A DNA stretch of 64,000 bases from Snowella sp. (GTDB lineage: Bacteria; Cyanobacteriota; Cyanobacteriia; Cyanobacteriales; Microcystaceae), in assembly GCA_035285545.1 (NCBI GenBank), contig JAYKGY010000022.1:1-64000 (forward strand). Reading direction: 5' to 3'. Both the position numbers and the translations under genes were made by a program. The notes below the pieces were generated by a model. The model was given only the letters and a program-made list of their open reading frames with translations. It was not told where the DNA came from and made no database searches. Position 1 is the stretch's first letter. Each line of letters begins with the position of its first letter. Of this stretch, positions 53,682-63,863 are shown piece by piece.

Positions 53682-56594
53682 TCATAGGGAATAGGTGCGC
53701 GGTAGGGTAAGGGTAAAGACCGTTCCCTGATCTAAATGGCTATCAACTTCAATGATGCCTTGGTGTAAATCAACGCAGCGTTTAACGATCGCCAACCCTA
53801 AGCCTGTTCCCTGAATATTGCCCGTATTGGTGGCCCGATGAAAGGCGGTAAAGAGTTGTTGGAGATCCTCCGTCGGAATGCCGATACCCTGGTCTTGAAT
53901 TTCAAAGATCAGATTATCCGCCTCTAACTGTAGATTAAAGGTAATATTGCCGCCGTTGGGGGAATATTTAATCGCATTATTGAGTAGATTGGTAAAAATT
54001 TGCCGTAGGAGTTTGGGGTCTAGGTTGACTATCAGCGATCGCGTCTCCTGGCTGGAATCCTGAGTAGCATTTTGCAAATGAAAGGTGATGGTATGCTCAT
54101 TGCTGCTTAACTGGAGTTCGGTTACCAGATCTCGGCAAAAGGCGATTACATTCAGGGGTTGGGGATTAAAGGCAATTTTTTCGGCTTCGGCCCGACTCAT
54201 CATCAATACGTCATCTAGGAGCGTGGTCATGTGTTGAACACTATCTTGAATGCGTTGCAAGTGTTGTCGTTTTTTTTCTTCACTTAACCGCTCATGGTAG
54301 GTACTCATGATGCCCGCCGATGAATTGATGATCGATAGGGGCGTGCGAAATTCGTGGGAAGCCATCGTAATAAACCGCGATCGCAGATCGTTTAATTCTT
54401 TTTCTTTTTCTAAGGCATTGCGTATCTCCTGTTCGGCCTGCTTAATGCGGGTAATATCCCGAATGACACCAGCAATATGGGTCGGTTGCTCGGTTTTAGG
54501 GTCTTTAATGAGAAAGGCATTACAGAGGACAGGAATGGTTTGTCCGGTCTGAAAGTGCTTCAAATGCAATTCTCCTTCCCATTGGCCTTTACGAAAAATG
54601 CGGGGTAAAATTTCTTCCTGGATCAGCGATCGCTCTTGGGGATCGAAGAAATCTAACATAGTGAGGGAGGAAAGTAAATTCGGGTCTTCTAAACCAATGA
54701 GATATTGACCCGCTCGATTGAGAAAGACCAATTGGCCATTTAAATCGGCCACAGCCATAAATTCCGAACTATTTTCCACCACTAAATCCAGTTTTTGCCG
54801 TTCTGCTTCAATCGTTTTGCGTTGCTGGAGTTCGTGTTGCAATTGTTCATAGAGTTCTGACTGTTGAATGGCGATCGCCAGTTGTAGGGCAATTTGCCGC
54901 AAGATATTAATTTCCGATTCTTGCCAGTGACGAGTGCGGGAACACTGATGGGCAACGATCAAGCCCCAAAGCTGGTCTTTTTGGACAATGGGAACCACTA
55001 ATTCGGCCTTAACTTGAATTTCCCTTAAAAAATTGGCTAAGCACTCAATAATTTGCCCATCATCTCGATCCTCTAAAACAAAAATGCGTCCCTTAGCATA
55101 GGGGCTATAGTTCTGTTCGGGAAAAATGTCCGACGGCAACGCCCTATTCAAAATTTGCAGCCATCCCTCTACGACCGATTCTGCAATAATGGCACCTGTT
55201 CCTCCGGTAAAAACTTGATAAACCACGACGCGATCGACTTGTAACACCTGACGGACTTCTTCGACGGTGGTATTGAGAATTGCTTTGAGATCCAAGGATT
55301 CTCGAATACGCTGGGTAATATTTTTAATTAAACTTTCCTGTTCCGCTTTTTGTTGTAGCAAGGATTCGGTTTGTTTGAGATCCTCAATATCGGTACAAGA
55401 TCCTAACCAGCGAGTCGTTTGCCCCAATTCATCCCCAATGGGTAAAACCTGTACTAAATGCCAACGATAAACCCCATCCGCACGCCTGAGCCGACATTCC
55501 AGCGAATAGGCTTCCTTTAAGGCTTCGCCCCGTAGGGCACTTTCTTTGGCAAGGTTGAGATCGTCAGAATGGATCGCTTGAAACCAGCCCTTTTTTCGGA
55601 TTTCGATTAAAGATTGCCCTAAATATTGTTGCGCTCGTTGATTAATTTCGGCAATTTCCCCTTCATCATCGGTTAACCAGACCAGATTGGGAACAACTTC
55701 GGTGAGACTTCGATAGCGTTCTTGGCTTTGCCACAATTCGTTATTGGCTTCGGTACGAGCGGTAATATCTCTGAGGGAAATGAGATAACGCGATCGCTGA
55801 TCCCAGACAACGGGCACCACCTGGACTTCTCCAATTCCCACTTCTCCATTGCGTCGCAAAATTTCCATTTCAAATAACTTTTCCGAATTAATCGGAATCC
55901 CCAAATTGACTCCGACCAGTTGCTCCGTCGGCAGACTAAACATTTCCCCTGCGGCACGATTGGCAAAAATAATTTCGCCGTCTTGACTCAAAATTAAAAT
56001 TCCTTCGGAGATATTGCTAACGATGGTATCTAAATAATTTTGGTTTGTTTGCAGGGTCAATTCAATGGAAGCGCAGTCATTCGGAACGGGTAACAAATCC
56101 AGGTTTGTGGTGGTGTCTGATGTTTTGGCGGCACAATAAAGCAGTTCGGGGGCGATGTTTTGATAAAGGCTCTGTCCACTGATCACCCCTACACAACCTT
56201 CGGATTGATCCACAATCGGCAAGTATTGGAGAGAATGCTGTTGAAAAAATTGCAGCAGGTTCACCAGGTCAGTCAGTTGGGATGGGGGCAGAATAGTCGT
56301 CGATCGCGTTAGGACTTCATGCAATCGTGTTTTATCTAGATCAATTCCTTGGGTAACCCATCGCACTACGTCTTGGGACGTTAATAATCCCCAAAATTTT
56401 TCGTTTTCTAAGACGACTAGATAGCTAAATGGTGGGAGGGGGGGAGTGTCGGGAGATGGAGCGAGGGTTGGCGGGAATTCTGTGTTTTCTTCCTTTCCCA
56501 TGATGGCGATCGCATCTCGCAAAAGGGTATTTCGGCTGATTTTGCGAGGGAATTTATCAATTATCCGTTCAATTGCCTTGGGAACGAGGCTCAT
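53682..56594 (-). CDS. Sensor histidine kinase CBS-PAS-PAS-GAF(CBCR-like)-PAS-HisKA-HATPase
   Basis: CBS pair, three PAS/PAC domains, GAF with IRESLDL..IL..TV.EVR..L.VDRV and C-L motif, SHEFRTPL, NAIKYS, GTGLGL. Confidence 0.9.
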   Translation of the reverse strand: MSLVPKAIERIIDKFPRKISRNTLLRDAIAIMGKEENTEFPPTLAPSPDTPPLPPFSYLVVLENEKFWGLLTSQDVVRWVTQGIDLDKTRLHEVLTRSTTILPPSQLTDLVNLLQFFQQHSLQYLPIVDQSEGCVGVISGQSLYQNIAPELLYCAAKTSDTTTNLDLLPVPNDCASIELTLQTNQNYLDTIVSNISEGILILSQDGEIIFANRAAGEMFSLPTEQLVGVNLGIPINSEKLFEMEILRRNGEVGIGEVQVVPVVWDQRSRYLISLRDITARTEANNELWQSQERYRSLTEVVPNLVWLTDDEGEIAEINQRAQQYLGQSLIEIRKKGWFQAIHSDDLNLAKESALRGEALKEAYSLECRLRRADGVYRWHLVQVLPIGDELGQTTRWLGSCTDIEDLKQTESLLQQKAEQESLIKNITQRIRESLDLKAILNTTVEEVRQVLQVDRVVVYQVFTGGTGAIIAESVVEGWLQILNRALPSDIFPEQNYSPYAKGRIFVLEDRDDGQIIECLANFLREIQVKAELVVPIVQKDQLWGLIVAHQCSRTRHWQESEINILRQIALQLAIAIQQSELYEQLQHELQQRKTIEAERQKLDLVVENSSEFMAVADLNGQLVFLNRAGQYLIGLEDPNLLSSLTMLDFFDPQERSLIQEEILPRIFRKGQWEGELHLKHFQTGQTIPVLCNAFLIKDPKTEQPTHIAGVIRDITRIKQAEQEIRNALEKEKELNDLRSRFITMASHEFRTPLSIINSSAGIMSTYHERLSEEKKRQHLQRIQDSVQHMTTLLDDVLMMSRAEAEKIAFNPQPLNVIAFCRDLVTELQLSSNEHTITFHLQNATQDSSQETRSLIVNLDPKLLRQIFTNLLNNAIKYSPNGGNITFNLQLEADNLIFEIQDQGIGIPTEDLQQLFTAFHRATNTGNIQGTGLGLAIVKRCVDLHQGIIEVDSHLDQGTVFTLTLPRTYSL

Positions 56595-56706
56595 TTTGAA
56601 GAGAATATTTAGAATATTACTATATATTAATAGATTCTACGCTTTTTTGAAAATAGTCCACATTTACAAAAATCTTTCAAAGCAACCTTAAATCAATGGG
56701 AGTTTT

Positions 56707-56748
56707 GTACTTTAAGATACAATGTCCTGAAGAGTTCTTGTATACAGT
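56707..56748 (+). promoter_or_regulatory. NtcA-activated class II promoter upstream of xdhA
   Basis: GTA-CTTTAAGA-TAC (GTA-N8-TAC) at 56707-56720, a 22-nt spacer, then TACAGT (TA-N3-T) at 56743-56748. Confidence 0.75.
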
Positions 56749-56754
56749 ATACAA
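56738..56754. promoter_or_regulatory. Perfect palindrome overlapping the -10 (putative repressor operator)
   Basis: TTGTATAC-A-GTATACAA. Confidence 0.55.
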
Positions 56755-56881
56755 TAAGATGGTTTGCCTTAATCTAGGGAATAATGTTAACAATTCCTTG
56801 TAAAATCAGCATTTTCTGTCCTAAACCGACAATTAACCTAGAACTCAATTCGCGATCGCTGTTGAACCCAACCCCTAACCC

Positions 56882-58315
56882 ATGATTCCGACTCCTACCC
56901 ATTCTTTATCTTTCCAATTAAACGGAAAACCAATGCGGGTTAACCATTGCCCGCCAACGATGACCCTATTGGAATATTTGCGTCAACAGGGCTATGTGGG
57001 AACGAAAGAAGGCTGTGGAGACGGGGATTGTGGAGCGTGTACGGTGGTTGTTATTGGGCAAGGTGCAGATGGCAAACCCCACTATCAAGCCATGAATAGT
57101 TGCCTGATTCCCTTGGGCGCGATCGCTGGACGAGAAGTGATTACGGTAGAAGGCATTGCCAATGGAAAATTGCATCCGGTGCAACAGGCAATGGTGGATA
57201 CGGGCGGATCGCAGTGCGGTTACTGCACGCCTGGCTTTATTATGAGTATGTTTGCAGGGTATTACGACGGGAAAGTGGATGATATTTCTGTCGAAGGAAA
57301 TTTGTGTCGTTGTACGGGGTACTTGCCCATCCGCAAAGCAGCCCAAAAGGTAACGGGTGTAGAACCTGAAGATCATTTCAGCGCGAAGTTGCAGGAAGCC
57401 ACAGTTGAGTTACCGACTTTTACCTACGAAGATGCCAACCATCGGTTTTACCGTCCGACGGGTTTAACTGACGTTTTAAATTTATTGCAAGAACATCCTC
57501 AAGCCACCTTAATTGCAGGGGGAACGGATTTAGGATTAGAACTGAGTCACCATCGCCGCGAGTATCCTGTTCTGATTTCCCTAGAAGCGGTTGCTGAACT
57601 TAAAACTTTAACGATTACGCCTGATTTTGTGGAAATTGGGGCCGCTGTTCCCTTGAGTCAGGTGGAAGACCAATTGCGGGGATTTTTTCCGAGTCTGGAT
57701 GAAATGATCCATTGGTTTGCAGCCCGTCAGATTCGCAATCGCGCAACGATAGGGGGCAATATTGGAACCGCTTCACCTATTGGAGATTTACCGCCCGTTT
57801 TATTATCTTTAGAAGCTACGGTTAACATTGCAGGTCAGAACGGAACGCGATCGCTGCTGTTGGCCGACTTTTTTCATGGCTACCGTCAAACGGATTTAAA
57901 ATCAGGGGAAGTGATCGCCTCAATTACGATTCCGAGAAATTTACCCCAAGGAGCCGTTCAGCGTCTCAGTCAGTCTTACAAGATTGGTAAAAGGGGAACC
58001 GATGATATTAGTATTGTGGCGGCAGCTTTTGCGATTGACTTGGATCAAACCCACCATATTGTCCAAGCGAGATTAGGCTATGGAGGCGTTGCTGCTACTC
58101 CCGCCCGTGCCAAAGCAGTAGAAGAATGGCTTTTGGGCAAAGCGTGGAATATGACCACCGTACAACAAGCCAAAATTCTCTTAAAAGACGCATTTACCCC
58201 GTTGTCTGATTTAAGGGGGAGCGCAACCTATCGCAAATTATTAGTTGCCAATGTATTTGAGAAATTTTTTGTCGAATTCGGTGGCATTGAAACCTATCCC
58301 CTGGAGGTGGAGTAG
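56882..58315 (+). CDS. xdhA: Xanthine dehydrogenase small (2Fe-2S/FAD) subunit
   Basis: GTKEGCGDGDCGACTV, SQCGYCTPG, GNLCRCTGY, AGGTDLGL, QIRNRATIGGN, KR..DDIS. Confidence 0.95.
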   Translation: MIPTPTHSLSFQLNGKPMRVNHCPPTMTLLEYLRQQGYVGTKEGCGDGDCGACTVVVIGQGADGKPHYQAMNSCLIPLGAIAGREVITVEGIANGKLHPVQQAMVDTGGSQCGYCTPGFIMSMFAGYYDGKVDDISVEGNLCRCTGYLPIRKAAQKVTGVEPEDHFSAKLQEATVELPTFTYEDANHRFYRPTGLTDVLNLLQEHPQATLIAGGTDLGLELSHHRREYPVLISLEAVAELKTLTITPDFVEIGAAVPLSQVEDQLRGFFPSLDEMIHWFAARQIRNRATIGGNIGTASPIGDLPPVLLSLEATVNIAGQNGTRSLLLADFFHGYRQTDLKSGEVIASITIPRNLPQGAVQRLSQSYKIGKRGTDDISIVAAAFAIDLDQTHHIVQARLGYGGVAATPARAKAVEEWLLGKAWNMTTVQQAKILLKDAFTPLSDLRGSATYRKLLVANVFEKFFVEFGGIETYPLEVE

Positions 58316-58318
58316 ATC

Positions 58319-60709
58319 ATGACTGTAGCCCAATCCGTTCAGCGCAAATCGAGAAAACATGAAAGTGCCGATAAACACGTTACTGGCCAAGCGGTGTACA
58401 CCGATGATCAGCGTCTCCCCAGCGATATGCTCCATCTTTGGCCCGTCCTCTCGACCCAAGCCCACGCCAAATTTACCCTGGATTTAACCCAAGCGGAACA
58501 GGTGGATGGCGTTATTACCCTTATCACCGCCACCGATGTGACAGGGGAAAACGACACGGGGATTATTTTCCATGACGAGGTTTTGTTGCCCATGGATACG
58601 GTTAGCTACGCTGGTCAGGCAATTGTTTGGGTTGCTGGGGAAACGGAAGCTGCTGCCCGCATCGGAGCCAGTAAAGTCATTGTTAACTACGAAGCGTTAA
58701 ACCCGATTCTGTCGATTAAAGACGCGATCGCGGCCCATAGCTTTCATTTAGCTGAACCTGTAGTCATGAGTCGGGGAGAAACCCTCTTTTCCCTAGAAGA
58801 ATCGGATTATCAACTCGAAGGGGAAATCGAGATGAAGGGGCAGGATCATTTCTATCTCGAAACCCAAGCCACTTGGGTGATTCCTGATCAAGAGGGTAAT
58901 TATCAAGTCTATTGCTCGACTCAGCATCCGAGTGAAACCCAATTGATTTTAGCCAGAGTCTTGGGAATTCCCCGCAATCGAGTCGTGGTTACCTGTTTAC
59001 GCATGGGGGGCGGATTTGGAGGAAAAGAAAGTCAAGCCAATCCTTCGGCCGCGATCGCGATCTTAACGGCTCAAAAAACGGGACGGTCAGCGCGAGTCCG
59101 GCTCAAACGGCAACAGGATATGCAAATGACAGGTAAACGTCATGGCTTTCTGGGAACGTATCGAGTTGGATTTGGGACTGATGGCAAAATTACGGCATTA
59201 GGAGTTGATTTATACGCCAATGGGGGCTGGAGCCTCGATTTATCCTTGCCCGTTTTGCAGCGCGCGCTCTTTCACATTGATAACGCCTATTACATTCCCA
59301 ACCTCGCCATACGGGGGCAAGTCGCTAAAACCCATACCGTGTCGAATACAGCCTTTCGCGGTTTTGGTGGGCCGCAAGGGATGGTGATGATCGAAGAAAT
59401 TATGGATCGCATTGCCCGCCATTTGAATCTACCAGCTGATTTGGTGCGGGAACGCAATTTTTATTCCGGTCAGGGGGAAACCTGTACCACGCATTACGGG
59501 CAAGAAATTCGGGACAATCGCACCTTTAAGGTCTGGGATCAGGCAAAAATTAATTCTAACTTCCATAAACGAAAAGAAGAAATTAAAGCCTTTAACCGAG
59601 CCAATGCCTACAAAAAACGCGGAATTGCTATTACCCCCGTAAAATTTGGGATTTCCTTTACTAAAACTGAATATAACCAGGCAGGGGCGTTTATTTTAAT
59701 TTATCTTGATGGCAGTATTCAACTCAATCATGGCGGAACGGAAATGGGGCAGGGGTTGCATACCAAAATGCTCCAAGTAGCTAGTCAGTCTTTAGGCGTT
59801 AGTTTGGATCGTTTTCGGATGATGCCCACCAGTACGGATAAAGTTCCCAATACTTCGGCAACGGCGGCTTCGAGTGGTTCCGACCTCAATGGGCAGGCAG
59901 TGAAAAATGCCTGTGATGTTCTCAAAGAACGGTTGGCTCCGGTTGCGACAAAATTACTCAATCTCTACGCGCCAGAAGAATTAGTATTTGAAGACGAATG
60001 GGTTTATTGTGCAGGCCATCCCCGCGATCGCGTCCGGTTTGATGAGGTCATTCAACAGGCGTATTTGGATCGGGTAAGCTTGTCGGCTACGGGCTATTAT
60101 CGAACCCCTAATATTTACTTTGATTTCCAAACGGGTAAAGGCCGTCCTTTCTATTATTTCTGCTATGGTGCGGCGGTTAGCGAAGTTGAAATTGATGGCT
60201 TTACGGGAACCTTTAAACTGCGTGGCGTTGATATTGTGCAGGATGCGGGGGAATCCCTTAATCCGCTGATCGACAAGGGACAAATTGAAGGTGGCTTTGT
60301 GCAAGGGCTGGGCTGGCTGACGATGGAAGAACTGGTTTGGGATGATCACGGTCGATTACGCACCGATGCCCCTAGCACCTATAAAATTCCCACCATTAGC
60401 GAAATTCCCGAACATTTTGAAGTACATCTCTTACAACGGGCTGCCCAGGATGGCGTGATCTTTGGCTCTAAGGCGGTGGGAGAACCTCCCTTTATGTTGG
60501 CCATTTCAGTACGCGAGGCCCTTCGAGATGCGATCGCGGCTTTCGGTGATACTCAATATGTTCCCTTAATGTCACCTGCGACTCCTGAAGCGATTTTAAC
60601 GGCGATCGATTGGGTGAGAGAAAACAGTCATGCAGCTACGGTTTCCCCCCTAACCAGAGAACTGGCATTTCCCTTAAACGACCAGAACCCAGTGTACAAA
60701 AAAAGCTGA
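58319..60709 (+). CDS. xdhB: Xanthine dehydrogenase molybdopterin-binding subunit
   Basis: HESA..HVTG.A.Y.DD, QDHFYLE, RMGGGFGGKESQ, TAFRGFGGPQG, TAASSGSDLNG, GSKAVGEPP. Confidence 0.95.
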   Translation: MTVAQSVQRKSRKHESADKHVTGQAVYTDDQRLPSDMLHLWPVLSTQAHAKFTLDLTQAEQVDGVITLITATDVTGENDTGIIFHDEVLLPMDTVSYAGQAIVWVAGETEAAARIGASKVIVNYEALNPILSIKDAIAAHSFHLAEPVVMSRGETLFSLEESDYQLEGEIEMKGQDHFYLETQATWVIPDQEGNYQVYCSTQHPSETQLILARVLGIPRNRVVVTCLRMGGGFGGKESQANPSAAIAILTAQKTGRSARVRLKRQQDMQMTGKRHGFLGTYRVGFGTDGKITALGVDLYANGGWSLDLSLPVLQRALFHIDNAYYIPNLAIRGQVAKTHTVSNTAFRGFGGPQGMVMIEEIMDRIARHLNLPADLVRERNFYSGQGETCTTHYGQEIRDNRTFKVWDQAKINSNFHKRKEEIKAFNRANAYKKRGIAITPVKFGISFTKTEYNQAGAFILIYLDGSIQLNHGGTEMGQGLHTKMLQVASQSLGVSLDRFRMMPTSTDKVPNTSATAASSGSDLNGQAVKNACDVLKERLAPVATKLLNLYAPEELVFEDEWVYCAGHPRDRVRFDEVIQQAYLDRVSLSATGYYRTPNIYFDFQTGKGRPFYYFCYGAAVSEVEIDGFTGTFKLRGVDIVQDAGESLNPLIDKGQIEGGFVQGLGWLTMEELVWDDHGRLRTDAPSTYKIPTISEIPEHFEVHLLQRAAQDGVIFGSKAVGEPPFMLAISVREALRDAIAAFGDTQYVPLMSPATPEAILTAIDWVRENSHAATVSPLTRELAFPLNDQNPVYKKS

Positions 60710-60916
60710 GAAACCCAGTCTGCGGTGCATTTTTAAACGGCCCATAACAAGGGGTTGAAGTTTAGCGGTACCAGGCTTTTAGCTCAGATTTTCAATCCTA
60801 TCCCCCCTAGCCCTGTCTGGCTCAGGAGAAAAGCGGTTGGCGAGGGGATTAACTCAGGGAAGACTTTTGAATTAAAGTAAGGACAGATTATTTTTCCTGA
60901 AATTGGCAAAATTTCC

Positions 60917-63730
60917 GTGAGGAAAATGAAAATTGATGCTCCGTTAACCCAAGAAACTCAACACATTCTCCTGTCTCTGGCCGCGATCGCCGAAGCGGTG
61001 GTCTGTCTGGATTCCCAGGGAAACCTCATTTGGTGCAATTCTGCGTTAGAAAAACTTTTGGGATTAAACGCCGCTTTGCTGCTGGGTCAGCCCTTTAGCC
61101 ACTTGTTTCCACTCTATCAGCACCAATTCCTTTTACCGTTTCATCAGTATCCCCATTGCTTAATTCAATCCGGTACCTATTCCCCCCAACAGTATGAATT
61201 CTCCGGTGTTGCTGACCGTTTCCTAAATCGCGATCGCCCGCTCACCCCTCATCTCAATCTCGAAATTTCAGGTTTTCTGACCCAAGAGCAGGGATTCATT
61301 CTGATTATTCGTCCTTTAACGACCGACCTCCCAGGCAATCATCCGCTTCTTGATGACGGAGAAACCGCGATCGCGCAACGAAATCTCGGAAAATCCCAGC
61401 AATTATTGAATACGGTGATGGAACACATTGACCAAGCGATGGTGGTCACCGATCAGGATTTTCGAGTGGTTTTGTTTAATCAGCAATTTAAAACCCTATT
61501 TAACTTTAGTGATGAAGATTTATTCATCGGTATTGCCTTTGAAGATCTTCTCAGACTGTGGGCCAATCGTTTTCAGCAACCCCCAGAAATGCTGGAAAAA
61601 GCGATCCGAGAACTATCCATAACGGAATCTTTTGTTTTCCAACATCCCCAATTTTCCCCGACGACGGGCCAACGCTGGATTGAACTGTCTCACAATCCCT
61701 TACCCACTGGGGGATTTGTCCGAACCTTTACCGATATTAGCGATCGCAAATAAGCCGAAGAAACCTTAAAATTTAATGCCCAGGTAGATAAGCTCCTCAG
61801 CCAAATTGCCCACCATTTAATGGATCCCAATATTCAAACCGGTATCACCGCCAGCCTGAGGAGAGTCGCTGAATTCTTTCAAGCCGAACGCATTTCCTTT
61901 GTTGAATATAGCCCCGATCAAACAACCTATCATCTCGTAGAACAATGGCATAATCCCAAGGTTTGGTCGTTTTCTAGCCAGGCCCAATCCGGTGAAGTTG
62001 CCCTCGCGTTTTGGTTTCATGATCAAATTCTACGAAAACAAGTCATTAAAATTACCTCTTTGGATGAAATTCCTGAAATTGCCGAGAAAGCGCGGTGTTT
62101 TTGCGAACAAGAAGGTATTCGTTCCTTTATGGCAGTTCCCATGATTCACGCGAATCAAGTATTAGGCTGTTTAGTGGTAGATGTTCTGCTGAGTCAAAAG
62201 TATTGGCAAGATCAGGATGTTCACCTCTTGCAACGGGTTGCGGAATTAATTGCAATGGGGAGAGCCAAAGCGAAAGCAGAATTAGCCCTGAGAGAAGCAA
62301 AAGAGGCCGCAGAAAGTGCAAACCGAGCCAAAACCACCTTTTTGGCCAACATGAACCATGAACTACGCACGCCCTTAAATGCCATTTTAGGATTTACCCA
62401 ACTTCTGGAACGGGAACCTTTTCTCAAAGCCGAACAACGGAATTCCATTAATATTATCAATCGCAGTGGAAAACATTTGCTCGGTCTGATTAATGATGTG
62501 CTGGAAATGTCCAAAATTGAAGCCGGAAAAATTCAACTGGTGGCTCAGACCTTTGATTTGTCCCAACTTCTGCAATCTTTACGGGATATGTTCCAGTTTC
62601 GCGCTCAGGAAAAAGGATTATCGCTGACATTTCACTGTGCCCCGAATACCCCTCAATATATCCGGACAGATGAGGTCAAATTACGGCAAGTTTTAATTAA
62701 TCTATTAGGTAATGCCTTTAAATTTACAGAAAAGGGCTATATTACCCTCCGATGTCAGGTTTTAGACGGTCAACAAAACAATCGTTGTCTCCGGTTTGAA
62801 GTGGAAGATACGGGCTTAGGAATTGCCCCGGAAGAAATGCGGGGATTATTTGAACCGTTCGTGCAAACTCAAAGCGGCATCAAAACTAAGGAAGGAACAG
62901 GGCTAGGATTGTCTATCAGCCGACAATTTGTGCAGTTAATGGGGGGAAAACTCGAAGTCGTTAGTCAGGTGGGAGAAGGCTCGCGATTTTATTTCACCAT
63001 TCAAGCAGAACTCCCCCAATCTTCTAGCCCGGAATTGGAAAAGCCCGTAACCAAGCGAGTGATGGGGCTGGCGGATCCGCAAACGGATTATCGCCTATTG
63101 ATTGTGGATGACCATGCCGAAAGTTGTCAATTAATGAAACAACTGCTCGAAAAGGTCGGTTTTTGTACCCAAGTGGCGATGAGTGGGGCGGCGGCGATTA
63201 CGGTCTGGCAAGAGTGGAAACCCCATTTAATTTGGATGAAGATGAAAATGCCCCCGATGGATGGCTATGAGGCAACCCGTTTAATTCGATGGCGAGAAAG
63301 TTCGAGTAAGTCTTCGTTTGCGACCAAAATTATTGCATTAACGGCCAATCCTTTTGATAATGAGGCTTCGTTAATGTTGGGGGCGGGATGTGATGACATT
63401 ATCTGTAAACCTTTTCAGGAAGAATTACTGTTTCAGAAGATTTCTCGCCATTTGCCGGTTTCCTATCAGTATGAAAATCTATCGCTGTCTAGTCCGGCAA
63501 ACTCCTCTCATTCGGCGTTAATGACTTCGATTGCTCCCCATTCGCTGAAAATAATGCCCGAAACTTGGCGAGTTGCCCTATCTCAATCGGCTTTAGCGGT
63601 TGATGGTGACCAAATTTTAGCCCTGATTGAGCAAATCCCCCCGGAACAAGACGCGATCGCCGCTTATTTAAAGTCCTTAGTCAGTAATTTTGACTTTGAT
63701 CAAATCCTATCCCTCACGGAAATGTCTTAA
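60917..63730 (+). pseudogene. Hybrid sensor kinase (PAS-PAS-GAF-HisKA-HATPase-REC) interrupted by an in-frame stop
   Basis: ORFs 60917-61753 and 61820-63730 are in the same frame. The junction reads TDISDRK*AEETLKFNAQVDKLLSQIAHHLM with TAA at 61751-61753. Confidence 0.8.
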
Positions 63731-63863
63731 TTTTCAGGTTTCAGGTTAAGCCCAAAAGTCTCTCTCGTTAAAATTTTATTGAGCAAGTAGCCCAAAATAA
63801 CCGTGAATCGATACACTCTCTTAAAGATGACGAGACAACCTAACAATTCAGCAATTTATCGTT

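Noticed and set aside
60710..60916. Spacer after xdhB as a possible purine riboswitch or sRNA
   Set aside because: Only a weak hairpin and no recognisable aptamer consensus.
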